DNA of 64,000 bases, taken from the IMG/VR virus record IMGVR_UViG_3300031998_000011, positions 32,001 through 96,000 of that record; one strand, given 5' to 3'. The notes under the pieces were generated by a model. That model did not search any database, was not told the DNA's origin, and saw only the letters and a program-made list of their open reading frames with translations. The position numbers and the translations under genes are program-made. The DNA comes from a virus. Taxonomy: Duplodnaviria > Caudoviricetes. Shown here piece by piece: positions 9,143 to 19,652 of the stretch. Position 1 is the stretch's first letter. Each line of letters starts with the position of its first letter.

Positions 9143-10731
9143 AAGTAACATTGGCGTACTCCATGATCGAAATCGAGGATGCTCCGGCATGGCTCGATGC
9201 GGTCGGAAAGTACAAGTACAAGTCCAGGAAGACACCTGAAGAGATGCGCAACGAGAAGGCTCTGCGCAAACAGCTTGGAAAGAGCACGAAGGTCATTCCG
9301 TATAAGACTGAGGAACGCTCTGTGATGGAACGTGACGAGCACGGAAGACTGTACTTCCTTCCAGGTCTGTGGCCTCGTGTTCAGAAGAAGCTGGAGGAAC
9401 ACGGTGAAGTCTACACGGTTGTTGACAACCGGGATCCTGACAAGAAACCGCCCATAGACTTTGAGGCCATCAAAGGCATCGAGTTCCGTGAGGGTCAGGA
9501 CAAAGCACTCGCGCTCATTGCTACAGCTGACTGCGGTATTATCGAGACGACCGTGGGCTGGGGTAAATCGTTCTTGATCAGTGTGTTATGCAAAGCGTTT
9601 CCGACACTGCGCATTGTTGTCTGCACCAGTTCGTTGTCAGTTGTCAACACCCTGTATGAGTACCTGATGAAACAGATACCCAGGGAAGTCGGCATCATTG
9701 GCGGTGGAAAGGACACGGCGAAGGGTAAGCGCGTCATCATCAGCACGTTGAAGAGCCTGAGCAAGATTCCGAAGGATGAGCCGGATCTCATCTGCTGTGA
9801 TGAGTGCCACGACGTCGGGGACAATGACGCCGGCCACACGATCATGCAGTTCTATTTCGCCAGGAAGTTCGGATTCTCCGCGACGCCTGTCAGGAATGAT
9901 GGAACCGGTCTGGCTATGGAAGCCATATTCGGTCCCACGATCCTGCAGATGTCGTACGAAGCATCCGTCCAGGCAGGAATGGTCACGCCGATGAAGTATA
10001 CGATGCTGCCATGCACATGGTGCTCGGACTTTTTGAAGCGCGGCCAGGACCTACCGGAGATCGTTGTGAAGCGTTATTCCTACTGGGCAAATGTCGCCAG
10101 GAACAAAGCCATCGCAAGACTGGTCAGCGAAGTGTGGAACACCACAGATGCCCAGGTACTTGTTATGTGCGCTACACTGGAGCATGCGATTCAGCTGAGC
10201 CAGCTGATGCCCTGGATGGTGGTCGCGCATTACGGCAACGTGGATGAAGAGACCTTGCGCAGACATCTTAAACCGGACAAGTTCCCGAATCTGGACTTCA
10301 GCAAGTATAAGATGAACACCAAGGACTTGGAGCGAATCCGCATGGCGTTCGGCAAAGGGACGCTGCGCGGTGTCATCTCGACCTACGTGTTCAAGCAAGG
10401 TGTGAATGTTGTTCATTTGCAGTTACTTATACGAGCTGATGGTGCAACATCTAAGATCGCGAGCATCCAGATCCCAGGTCGTCTCTCACGTCTTGACGAG
10501 GGCAAGGAATATGCGTATCTGGTCGATTTCGACGACAGTTTCACACCCTGGGCAAAGCGCCGGTCTGACTCTCGTGATAAATTATATCAGGAGCAAGGTT
10601 GGACCAAGATCACACGAGAGGAGCTGTTAGATGATCTCAGAACAAAGCCTGGCGACGAACCTGACAACGCTGCTGGGCTCGTCGAAGCCGGGGAAACTGG
10701 ATGTAGCGGCGCTGGCGCAGAGACTGAATGA
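9139..10731 (+). CDS. superfamily 2 DNA helicase (UvsW/Rad25-like)
   Basis: TTVGWGKS, DECH, GFSATP, QIPGRLSR. Confidence 0.9.
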   Translation: MKVTLAYSMIEIEDAPAWLDAVGKYKYKSRKTPEEMRNEKALRKQLGKSTKVIPYKTEERSVMERDEHGRLYFLPGLWPRVQKKLEEHGEVYTVVDNRDPDKKPPIDFEAIKGIEFREGQDKALALIATADCGIIETTVGWGKSFLISVLCKAFPTLRIVVCTSSLSVVNTLYEYLMKQIPREVGIIGGGKDTAKGKRVIISTLKSLSKIPKDEPDLICCDECHDVGDNDAGHTIMQFYFARKFGFSATPVRNDGTGLAMEAIFGPTILQMSYEASVQAGMVTPMKYTMLPCTWCSDFLKRGQDLPEIVVKRYSYWANVARNKAIARLVSEVWNTTDAQVLVMCATLEHAIQLSQLMPWMVVAHYGNVDEETLRRHLKPDKFPNLDFSKYKMNTKDLERIRMAFGKGTLRGVISTYVFKQGVNVVHLQLLIRADGATSKIASIQIPGRLSRLDEGKEYAYLVDFDDSFTPWAKRRSDSRDKLYQEQGWTKITREELLDDLRTKPGDEPDNAAGLVEAGETGCSGAGAETE

Positions 10732-11158
10732 CGCTGCGGAAAGCCACGGCATAGAGCTGTCGTCCTATGGTTACATCATGCACGTCGTTGAGAAATACGG
10801 CATGCAGGGCGTATATCGCGGGATGCTGGGCACCAAGGAGTCCATTGACAGCTATGTGAACGAGGCGAACAACTTCCGCAGTTCCATGATGGGTCTCATC
10901 GTGAACGCCAGCAACTACGCCAAGAGCGTGTTCTCGAACGTCACCGACCCGGACCTCTGTATGAAGCGACTGGAGGAGATGTCCTATCCGTATGTCCTGT
11001 ATGTGCTGTTCTGTGGCCTTGGGCAGACAGTGCAGGCAGAACCTTACAAGCTGGCTGCAGAGGAGCACTTCCGGCGGTATCCGGCAACGGCATCACAGCT
11101 GCCCGATAAGTTCAAAAATGTAGCAGAGGAGTTTCTGACGCATGAAAGTGCTGAATAA
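10631..11158 (+). CDS. hypothetical protein (between the two helicases)
   Basis: 175 aa, SD GAGGAG. No motif recognised. Confidence 0.65.
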   Translation: MISEQSLATNLTTLLGSSKPGKLDVAALAQRLNDAAESHGIELSSYGYIMHVVEKYGMQGVYRGMLGTKESIDSYVNEANNFRSSMMGLIVNASNYAKSVFSNVTDPDLCMKRLEEMSYPYVLYVLFCGLGQTVQAEPYKLAAEEHFRRYPATASQLPDKFKNVAEEFLTHESAE

Positions 11159-12611
11159 ACAGGAGCTTACTCTGCTCGCAATCCTGTCGCATCCGCAGAT
11201 CGCGAGGAATGCCTTGAAGATGACGGTTGACCACATCAACCTGTTCTCCAAGATACAGTCCCCGCATGTCCACATGATGTGGAAGAGTTATCTGCAGCTG
11301 CGCCAGAAGAACAAGGGCAAGAAGCTGAGCAAAGCTGTCCTGAAGACGGAGTTGTCAGAGTGCATCCAGGCTGACCAGGACATGCCGCCTGAGCTGATCG
11401 AGCGGTGTGATTACATTCTGGACAAGTTCGGCAAGGGCGAGGACATTCCGACAGTCGAAGACAGTACCGATCTGTTGCAGACTATGGTTCGGGGCGACCT
11501 GAACCGCAAGATGTCGAGACTCATCAGCGACGATGCAGCCATCTCCGAGATGAGCAAAGCCGTCAGCAGTGCCTCCGGCGCCATTTCTGAATTGGACAAT
11601 GAGAACACCGAGGACAACCGCTATGTGTTCAATCCGTTCAAGGAGATGGACAAACTGGCGACTCACACAGTCCGGCTCCCGACAGGGATCAACTGGATGG
11701 ACGAGATCACCAGCGGTGGCGGACGCGGCGGCGAAATGTGGCTCGTACTCGGTGCGCCGTCAGGTGGCAAGACTGCTATCAGTGTGCAGTACGCTTGTGC
11801 CCAAGCTCTTATGGGATATACGACGGTGTGGGCAACCTACGAGCAGTCGCTGGAAGGCGACATCGCAGAACGCATCATTTCGTATGTCACAGACGAGAGC
11901 CTGGACAAGATCCGTGACGTAGGCTTCAACAATCTGCCGGAGGACATCCAGCGCAAGTTCTGGGCATCTGTCGCGGGTGCTGATGATAAGTTGGTCGTTC
12001 TCGACATGACAAGGCTGAAAGGTGTTCAGGAAGAGGATCCGCAGGATTACGGCGGAATCTGGAGTATCTGGAAGCAGGTCAAGAAGCTGAAAGCGGAAGG
12101 CAAGCAGGTACGCACCATACTGGTTGACTGGGTGGGCGCCATGATGCAGCGCATCTCGGCAAACGGCCACAAGGACATCGCGACGAACTTCCGATTCAAC
12201 ACAGAACATGAGTTCATGATCGCCAAGGAGATGGTCAAGCGTGAGAACGTGCAGATTATCTTCTTCCACCAGGTCGATTCCAAGACTGCGGCGGCGAAAC
12301 CCACGTTCTGTCCCGGTATGACCTGTGCCAAGGATATGCATGACATGTCCAACTACATGGATATCGTCATCACAATCGGGCGCAGGGACAAGAACAACAT
12401 CTGCTACATCAGTGCGGCCAAATCCCGTAAAGGTGCAGCAATCACAAGAACCATTCAACTGATAGGAGAGAAGGCTCGGTTCATTACAGCCAACGGCTGG
12501 ATTCCGGACCGTGATGGAAACTTCTACAAACCAAGTGAAGACTATATGCCAGACGATCCCGATGACGCCAGATCTGACGTAAATATGGCGTACAGCAGGG
12601 AGATAGACTAA
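11142..12611 (+). CDS. dnaB: DnaB-like replicative helicase
   Basis: LPTGINWMD, GAPSGGKT, TYEQ, ILVDW, FFHQ, KSRKG. Confidence 0.88.
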   Translation: MKVLNKQELTLLAILSHPQIARNALKMTVDHINLFSKIQSPHVHMMWKSYLQLRQKNKGKKLSKAVLKTELSECIQADQDMPPELIERCDYILDKFGKGEDIPTVEDSTDLLQTMVRGDLNRKMSRLISDDAAISEMSKAVSSASGAISELDNENTEDNRYVFNPFKEMDKLATHTVRLPTGINWMDEITSGGGRGGEMWLVLGAPSGGKTAISVQYACAQALMGYTTVWATYEQSLEGDIAERIISYVTDESLDKIRDVGFNNLPEDIQRKFWASVAGADDKLVVLDMTRLKGVQEEDPQDYGGIWSIWKQVKKLKAEGKQVRTILVDWVGAMMQRISANGHKDIATNFRFNTEHEFMIAKEMVKRENVQIIFFHQVDSKTAAAKPTFCPGMTCAKDMHDMSNYMDIVITIGRRDKNNICYISAAKSRKGAAITRTIQLIGEKARFITANGWIPDRDGNFYKPSEDYMPDDPDDARSDVNMAYSREID

Positions 12612-12640
12612 ATTTTCTTTGAAATTTCTTGAAAAAGCAT

Positions 12641-12668
12641 TTGACTTTCATCAGATGTGTGCTACATT
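12641..12668 (+). promoter_or_regulatory. sigma70-type promoter for the primase/polymerase block
   Basis: TTGACT-16 nt-TACATT with extended -10 TG and an AT-rich upstream tract. Confidence 0.6.
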
Positions 12669-12728
12669 GTGTAGTAGACGAGCATAGTATGCTCGTCGTG
12701 AACTCAAAAGCCCAACCGGAGAAGGCAA

Positions 12729-13130
12729 ATGCAACGATCAGTTTTCAAAGAGTTATGCGTCTGCATCAGACAGGCGTGGACTCCGAAGGATGGCGTAATA
12801 CTACGGCTCCTTCGAGGGTCTGAGCACGAGAAGGAACTGCTTTTGTGCGTCGGCGGCCACAGGAACCCGGCCATCTGTGCCAGGTACTGCGTGGTCTGGG
12901 ACGGAGACGACAAAGTGTATGACGGCGAAATCATGAGCGACAAGCTCCAGCATCTGCTGACAAAGAGCAACATCTGCTTCGTCGAAATAACCAATGCCCG
13001 TCTCATGGAGCACAACCGCCATGGCGTGTACAAGTGCCTGAAGACAGCTGAAGGCTGCACAAGGCAGTGCATGCTGCGCAAAGCAGCGCGTCTCGAAGTC
13101 AGTCAAGGTCTGGCAGTGGCCATAGCTTAA
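12729..13130 (+). CDS. hypothetical protein
   Basis: 133 aa, SD GGAG, downstream of the promoter. Confidence 0.6.
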   Translation: MQRSVFKELCVCIRQAWTPKDGVILRLLRGSEHEKELLLCVGGHRNPAICARYCVVWDGDDKVYDGEIMSDKLQHLLTKSNICFVEITNARLMEHNRHGVYKCLKTAEGCTRQCMLRKAARLEVSQGLAVAIA

Positions 13131-13164
13131 TGGTTTGCAGAAGTTCCTCCTTCGAGGAACATGT

Positions 13165-14298
13165 ATGCTTAACCAAGTGCTGTATGATGCCCTGGCCAAG
13201 CTGTTCAACGACGACATCGTTGTCGTGAACGAGGGCCAGCAGGCGGAACTGCGCATAGACCGTAACCATATCGGACGCTGGGATATTGAACAGCACTCCG
13301 ATCATGGTGAGCAATACGCGGTCAACTGTCCGTTCTGCAGGAATCCGCAGGACACGAACCATCACCTGTACATCAGCTACCTGTCCTTCGCAACTCCGGT
13401 CGTGGATGGGGTGCGCCTACAAATAGGCAAACTGCGGGCTCAGTGTTTCAGAAACGGTTGCCTCAAAGACCTGGACAATCGCAATACGCTGAGCCGCAAG
13501 ATAGGTCTCACGATGTCGCTCATGACGCCAGACGGAAACGCATGGGCGGACATCGACCCGACGGTACACAAGGAACCCGAAGAGCAGCTGCAGGTGTCCA
13601 GAAATGTGACACTGGAAGGCGTGCGCTCCTGGGTTCCGGACTACCAGCCGGTCACGGAGGACTGTCAGGACGTTGATGTCCTGCAGTATCTTGACAGCAG
13701 AAGAATCACACTGGACGACGTGGAGTGGCTCCACATAGGATATGGTCCGGTGCTGTCGCCAATCAAGAAGAGATATCTGAACAACGGAACACCGTGGATT
13801 CTGTTCCCCGTCATCAATAACGGGGTGCTGGTCGGCGTGCAAGCAAGGTGTCTCCCGCAGTATCTCGACGAGCGCGGCATCAAGTACTGGACTCATCCGG
13901 CATGCAGGAAACGCACAGTGCTCTACAACCTGGATGCAGCCAGGGATACGGGACTTGCGGTTGTCTGTGAAGGAGTATTCGACGTCGCATCAGTTGGTAA
14001 GCCAGGCGTGTGTCTGTTCGGGCATACACCGTCCAAAGTGCAGATGACGATGCTGTCAACGTTCAGGCAGGGCGTGGTGTGGCTTCCGGACAACGATCTC
14101 GATTGTGTCAAGGAAGCGAAGGTCTACGCTGACCGGCTGAACTTGTCCGGTGCGCTTCCTCTTGGAGCGCACGTTGTAACTCTTCCGGCTAAGGACGCTG
14201 GCGAGATGCCGCGTGCCGATGTCTGGAAATGCATTCTTAACCAGGTGCCGCAGGCGATGGCAGAATATATTGTCACGTCTGTGATACCGCAACTGTGA
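13165..14298 (+). CDS. dnaG: DNA primase (Zn finger + TOPRIM)
   Basis: CPFC..H..CFRNGC, VCEGVFD, PDND, KDAGE. Confidence 0.88.
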   Translation: MLNQVLYDALAKLFNDDIVVVNEGQQAELRIDRNHIGRWDIEQHSDHGEQYAVNCPFCRNPQDTNHHLYISYLSFATPVVDGVRLQIGKLRAQCFRNGCLKDLDNRNTLSRKIGLTMSLMTPDGNAWADIDPTVHKEPEEQLQVSRNVTLEGVRSWVPDYQPVTEDCQDVDVLQYLDSRRITLDDVEWLHIGYGPVLSPIKKRYLNNGTPWILFPVINNGVLVGVQARCLPQYLDERGIKYWTHPACRKRTVLYNLDAARDTGLAVVCEGVFDVASVGKPGVCLFGHTPSKVQMTMLSTFRQGVVWLPDNDLDCVKEAKVYADRLNLSGALPLGAHVVTLPAKDAGEMPRADVWKCILNQVPQAMAEYIVTSVIPQL

Positions 14299-14304
14299 GT
14301 GATT

Positions 14305-16875
14305 ATGCAATTACTCGGAAAGACGACTGTAAAACTTCCCTGCTACAACGGGGAAGTGTCGGTACGGCTTTGGGAGAAAGGTGATCCTTTTCCGACACTG
14401 GGCAAGTCTGTAGGTATTGACACTGAGACTGAGCTCATTACGGATGAGGTGAAGGACCCGCCCATTGTCGTGTATGGTCTGTTCGACCCCGACAGTGCCA
14501 CGTGCTGGATTGCTTACTGGGACGAGTTTCTTGAGCTTGCCCAGTATGTGAGCAGATCCGAGACACGTCAGATCTACTTCAACGTCGGCTTTGACGAGCT
14601 GGTAATTGACAACGAAGATGAAAACGCTACGCTGATGGATGCCGTTGAGGAGGGACGTGTACGGGATATGCAGATCCGGTACCATCTCTATCTGCTGGCA
14701 ACCAGAGGCGATATTCCTGAACACGGGTTCAGCAAACTGGCGGACATCGCAAAGCGCAAGCTGAAGATTGAGCTGGACAAAGGCGAGAAGGATGATCCGA
14801 ACTCGCACCGGCTTACATTCCGCAGGTTCAATGATGACGGTTCCAAGTACAGGATGACGGACAAGCAGGCCGTATACCTGGCATGGGACTGTATCTCGAC
14901 CTGGGCGTTGTCCCAAGTGATACCTGAGCAGCCAACAGAGGTGCAACACACCAAAGGTATGTGCGTTCTTGCGCATATCAGCCGAAATGGCTTCCAGGTG
15001 GACCCGGTTATATTCGACGCGCTGGAGAAGCAACTGCTGGATGGCATGGAAGTGTCGCGTGAGCGGCTTATGTCGTTCGGCTACCCTGATCCAGAGAAGC
15101 GTAACGACGACACAACACCGCAGAAACAGCTGTTCCTGTCCAGTTTGAAGAAGTTCTGCGAGCTGACCAGACAGTCCGACATATCGGATAACCCTGCTGT
15201 GACGAAGGACCGCATGCGGTTCATGCTGACTTACAGCCTCAACTACGCATATTCCGTGGTAGATGACAGTTTAAGCACACTTGTTGAAACAGTTCACTTT
15301 GCGCTGGATGGTGGGCTGCCGGATAAGGCAATCAAGTTGTCAAAGCCTGTGAAGGATGCGTGGCTGAACGAAGTGCTGGAGCCGTATGATCTGTATGCGT
15401 TCGACTCGAACAAGAGCAAGATCGTTCCGGTAGCGTTCCTTGGAGCATTCCTGGAAGACATGGTCAGACAGCTGCAGGATACGGAAGAGTGGAACAGCAA
15501 AGGGTTCAACTACACGGCAGCGATGAGCCACGCCGTGGATTACATGGACGATCATCCGTGGCTGCTGGAGGACAAGAAAGGCCGTGTGGGCCCGAAGAAG
15601 TTCTTCCAGGACCATGTTCAGAAGATCCTGGACAAGTATCCGGCGCTGGAACTGGATACGACAAAGTCCGGTCAGATCAAGCTGGCAAAGGATGATATGT
15701 GGCGACTGGATGACTTGCATATCAAGGATGACTTCCTTGTGGCCTATGCCGATTACAACCACTTGCGAAAGCTGCGGAGCACGTATGTGAACCGTGAGTA
15801 TGTCAAGAAGGACGGCAGGGTACATCCGTATCTGAAGAATCTGGTCAGAACAGGCAGAACTGCAGCAAGTTCGCCGAACGTTCAAAACTATCCGAGCCGA
15901 GACAAGGTGTGGCACCTCAAGAACATGTTCAAGCCATACGATGGGATGATACTGTGTGCAACAGATTTCTCGTTCGTAGAGCTTTGCGGTTTTGCACAGG
16001 CGTGTTACAGCCGGTTCGGTTTCTCTGTCATGCGCGATATTATCAATGCAGGCATTGACCCGCATAGATGGTTCGCTGCAGTGATGGAAAAGAAGATCAC
16101 GACAGATCTGAAGAACAAAGACGACCCTGAATGGGTCAACCAGCTTAACAAGCATCTTGAGGAGATTATCGACGACAAAGCAAGATTCAAGGCCAAGGCC
16201 GCGAACTTCGGGCTACCCGGTGGGATGCGACCAAAGCGCTTTTACCGGCATTGTCGTAGTATGGGAATCGTAATCACCATGCAGGATGCTGAAGAGATGT
16301 GCGACGCATGGACAAATACGTTTAAGGAGATGAGGCTCCATATGAAGCCTGAAAAAGCCTCGTATATCCCGAAGGTGAACGAGGACATGTTCGGGTATCG
16401 TGAGGAAGATCCAGATGATTTGGAGGACGACATCCCCATTGAGGAAGATACTGGAAAAGACGATGCGTTTGCATATCGTGCAGTTCTTCCGTGCGGACAA
16501 GTCAGAAACCGTTGCTCATACAATGCAGCGTGTAACGTAATGTTCCAAGGAACAGTGGCTATCGGTGCAAAGCTGGCAGGTTGGGAACTGCTGACTCACG
16601 GCTATGGAGAAAGGCTCTGTAATTTTGTGCACGATGAATTTCTCTATTGCTTGTATCCCAATGAGTTACAAACTCATATTCCTATCGTTGAGAGTCTCAT
16701 GCTGAAAGGCATCAGGAAAATCATCCCTGACGTTAAAGTAGGTGTAGAGACTACTTGCATGCTACATTGGGAAAAGGATTCGGCTAAGTTCTTAAAACTT
16801 AAATGGAATGACGACGGCACTCCGATTCTGGAGGAGCCGCCGTACGTACAGAACATATTACAACACAAGGAGTAA
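14305..16875 (+). CDS. polA: family A DNA polymerase with 3'-5' exonuclease
   Basis: ExoI DTETE, ExoII FNVGFD, ExoIII YLAWD, TGRTAASSPNVQN, motif A DFSFVEL, motif B RFKAKAANFG, motif C VHDE. Confidence 0.95.
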   Translation: MQLLGKTTVKLPCYNGEVSVRLWEKGDPFPTLGKSVGIDTETELITDEVKDPPIVVYGLFDPDSATCWIAYWDEFLELAQYVSRSETRQIYFNVGFDELVIDNEDENATLMDAVEEGRVRDMQIRYHLYLLATRGDIPEHGFSKLADIAKRKLKIELDKGEKDDPNSHRLTFRRFNDDGSKYRMTDKQAVYLAWDCISTWALSQVIPEQPTEVQHTKGMCVLAHISRNGFQVDPVIFDALEKQLLDGMEVSRERLMSFGYPDPEKRNDDTTPQKQLFLSSLKKFCELTRQSDISDNPAVTKDRMRFMLTYSLNYAYSVVDDSLSTLVETVHFALDGGLPDKAIKLSKPVKDAWLNEVLEPYDLYAFDSNKSKIVPVAFLGAFLEDMVRQLQDTEEWNSKGFNYTAAMSHAVDYMDDHPWLLEDKKGRVGPKKFFQDHVQKILDKYPALELDTTKSGQIKLAKDDMWRLDDLHIKDDFLVAYADYNHLRKLRSTYVNREYVKKDGRVHPYLKNLVRTGRTAASSPNVQNYPSRDKVWHLKNMFKPYDGMILCATDFSFVELCGFAQACYSRFGFSVMRDIINAGIDPHRWFAAVMEKKITTDLKNKDDPEWVNQLNKHLEEIIDDKARFKAKAANFGLPGGMRPKRFYRHCRSMGIVITMQDAEEMCDAWTNTFKEMRLHMKPEKASYIPKVNEDMFGYREEDPDDLEDDIPIEEDTGKDDAFAYRAVLPCGQVRNRCSYNAACNVMFQGTVAIGAKLAGWELLTHGYGERLCNFVHDEFLYCLYPNELQTHIPIVESLMLKGIRKIIPDVKVGVETTCMLHWEKDSAKFLKLKWNDDGTPILEEPPYVQNILQHKE

Positions 16876-16881
16876 CGCATC

Positions 16882-18303
16882 ATGGCGTACATGGCAGCAC
16901 GCAGTGCTTCCGGTCAAGGGCGCTCCAAGCGCCTTTCTTACGTGAAACCAGAGTATCTCAAGGGCCACATGTTCCCTGGCCTTGACTGGCAGACCAGCGG
17001 GTATCTGTCCGGTGTGCTCTGGAACACCAAGAACCACATCATCAGGATCATCCCTGGCTATGACCCTGAGACCCGTGAGGTCTTCCGTCAGAACATCAAC
17101 GTGACGGATTACAGCCAGGAAGAGAACCCAATCAAGTACATCTCCGACACCTTCATGGTTGCTGACACGGTCCAGTCGTTCGGCACTTCCAAGAGCAACT
17201 TTGTCGTGAGCTATGCTCCGGGTTCCCAGGACGACATCACCTACGGTGGCGATACGATGATCTCCGTATTCGCCCGCAACGTGTTCCGCAGCGTGAATCC
17301 GCTGAAGTCCAAGAAGCCCAGGTTCGGCGTTACCAACGAGATGCGCTCCTGGGTTGCGCTCCGTGACGGTACCCTCCCGATGCCCAAGCAGGCTCTGCTT
17401 GTCCAGGCACTCCTGTTCCAGTGGCAGGGCCGGCCGATGTGTGACCAGGACGGCAATCCGCTGACGTCGGAAGACGGCCAGATGGTTCCCAAGATCGGTG
17501 TCGTGTCCTTCGAGGGACGTTCCACGCTGCAGGCTATTCTGCGGGCGCTGACGGAACCCAAGGATCCCGGCGAACCCCTCGACGCCATCAAGAACAACAA
17601 GTATGGTGGTCTGGCCGAACTGCAGGGCAACCTGCTGTATCTGCACCACATTACCCGTGAGGATGGCGGAAAGAAGATCAACCTGCTGAACCCGTCTGTC
17701 CAGGCCGGCACCAAGGGCTGGACGCCGGAGCCGCTGAATCTTTCCAAGGAGAACGTCTACAACTGGTGGACTCCCTGGCAGGACCTCATCAGCTATATGA
17801 GCGCGGAAGAGCAGGCAATGCTGCTGGCGTCCGAGTTCGGAGCCGACTCTGTGAATTATCTCGTTGGTACAGATCCCATCTACCAGGGATTCCAGATGCC
17901 GGACGAGATAGCACAGGCTGGTTATGGCCGCTATGCGAGATTCACGGATGGTGTTACGGAAGTGCGTCAGCGCGGTTCCATCAATGTTCCTGCCAACGGC
18001 TTCGCAGCCCCTGCGCAGAACAAGCCGGAAACGCCTCTCGCAGCCGCTTTCGCGGGACCCAAGGCTCCGACCGCTCCGAGAGCCCCGATGACTCCTTCCC
18101 AGGCCCTGGGAAAGCCTGTGGGTGCCGGCGCGACGATTCCGAAGAACTCCGGTGTCCCGATGAATGACTTCAACAAGGCGCTCAGCCAGATCAAGAGTGT
18201 CGCCAAGCCTGCGGTGCAGGAAGAGGACGACATGGCGAACATGGCGAGTGATGTCGCCGATGATGATCAGTACTCGGACGGCGAAGACGAACAGTCTTTC
18301 TGA
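16882..18303 (+). CDS. probable single-stranded DNA-binding protein
   Basis: Lies between Pol and RecA. Pro/Ala linker and acidic tail ending in Phe (DDDQYSDGEDEQSF). High-expression codon bias. No direct motif. Confidence 0.5.
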   Translation: MAYMAARSASGQGRSKRLSYVKPEYLKGHMFPGLDWQTSGYLSGVLWNTKNHIIRIIPGYDPETREVFRQNINVTDYSQEENPIKYISDTFMVADTVQSFGTSKSNFVVSYAPGSQDDITYGGDTMISVFARNVFRSVNPLKSKKPRFGVTNEMRSWVALRDGTLPMPKQALLVQALLFQWQGRPMCDQDGNPLTSEDGQMVPKIGVVSFEGRSTLQAILRALTEPKDPGEPLDAIKNNKYGGLAELQGNLLYLHHITREDGGKKINLLNPSVQAGTKGWTPEPLNLSKENVYNWWTPWQDLISYMSAEEQAMLLASEFGADSVNYLVGTDPIYQGFQMPDEIAQAGYGRYARFTDGVTEVRQRGSINVPANGFAAPAQNKPETPLAAAFAGPKAPTAPRAPMTPSQALGKPVGAGATIPKNSGVPMNDFNKALSQIKSVAKPAVQEEDDMANMASDVADDDQYSDGEDEQSF

Positions 18304-18311
18304 GGTGACAT

Positions 18312-19652
18312 ATGGCAAACAGAAACACAAGTCTGATAAGCGGCATGCGGGCCGCGTTGTCCAAGCCGGACGGCACGGGCGTGGTCGCGACAGCGGAGGA
18401 ACTGAAACAGAATCAGTTCGGCTTCCCGCTGAGGCATTACGCCCAGCAGTATCTGTTCGGCGCCACCGGTCTCCGCATCCAGGTCTTCAACTCCATCGCC
18501 GGCAAGGAAGCGACATGCAAGAGCCCGTTCGTGTTCGACCTGATGGGTCACATCACGGCAGGCGAAGAGAATCACGGACTCTGTGGCATGGCGTTCCTGC
18601 TGGAGACAGAGGGCAAAATCTCGGCGTCGCTGTACAGTTCGGTCATCAAGTCATACGGGGAAGATGCGTACGATGCTTCGTTCGTGATCCGGGATAAGCA
18701 TGATAAGCCGCTGTCCATCGAGGAAGCGTTTGAGGTGCTGAACACGGACATCATCAAGAAGTATCGTGAAATCGCTCCGAACAACGATGTGCCGATCTTT
18801 GTCGGTATTGACTCAATCGGCGGTGCCGCGACTGGCGAGCTTGTCAAGAAGCAGGAGACCGACGGGTATGTCGGCAAGCATTTCGGCGAGAAGTCTGTCT
18901 TCATGAAGAACTTCTGCGAGAACTTCGGCAAGTATATCGGTGACATCCCGATGGTGGTCTTCATGGTCAACCAGGAAAAGGATTCGCTGGTACAGAACCA
19001 GTATGGACCTCCGCAGACGCACATCACAGGCGGGTCTTCACAGATGTTCAAGGACGGGCACATGATCCGCTCGTCCCAGAAGACGCTCGCCAGCGGCGAC
19101 GGCAAAATCATCACGCTGCGAACGACCAAGACGTCGTTCTGCGACCCGCGTAAGATCGAGGTTGCTTTCCGCTGGAACAAGTTCGGCAAATCTCAGGATG
19201 ACTATTACGGTCATTACTGGGACTGGGCGCTGGCATCAGCCAAGTGTCTGGCTGAGCCTGAAAAGGGCGTTGGAGAGATCCGCGATATCTGCGATGTCAA
19301 GGTCTCCGAGAAGAACCTTGTCACCAGCGAGAAACTGGGACTTCGCTCGGTTACGCCGCAGGAGTTCGAGGAAGCGCTCTTCGATCCGTCGAATGCAGCC
19401 ATTCTCGATGCGCTCTACGTGTATCAGAAGATCGACCGGCTGAAAGGCATGGACGAGTACGTCGATTACATCAAGAAGCGCAAAGCGGCGGTCAAGGCGG
19501 AGGAAAAGAAGACGGAACCGAAAGTGACTGTCTCCAAGCCCGCCAAGGCTAAAAAGAAGACCGTGGTCAAGAATCCGATCCCGATGCCGACTGCAAAGCC
19601 TGTGAGCCTCGCCGATGCGATGGAAGACATGGGAGATCCAGATGCCGAATAA
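18312..19652 (+). CDS. RecA/UvsX-like recombinase
   Basis: Variant Walker A GKEATCKS, LETEG, Walker B GIDSIG, MVNQ, TGG. Confidence 0.8.
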   Translation: MANRNTSLISGMRAALSKPDGTGVVATAEELKQNQFGFPLRHYAQQYLFGATGLRIQVFNSIAGKEATCKSPFVFDLMGHITAGEENHGLCGMAFLLETEGKISASLYSSVIKSYGEDAYDASFVIRDKHDKPLSIEEAFEVLNTDIIKKYREIAPNNDVPIFVGIDSIGGAATGELVKKQETDGYVGKHFGEKSVFMKNFCENFGKYIGDIPMVVFMVNQEKDSLVQNQYGPPQTHITGGSSQMFKDGHMIRSSQKTLASGDGKIITLRTTKTSFCDPRKIEVAFRWNKFGKSQDDYYGHYWDWALASAKCLAEPEKGVGEIRDICDVKVSEKNLVTSEKLGLRSVTPQEFEEALFDPSNAAILDALYVYQKIDRLKGMDEYVDYIKKRKAAVKAEEKKTEPKVTVSKPAKAKKKTVVKNPIPMPTAKPVSLADAMEDMGDPDAE

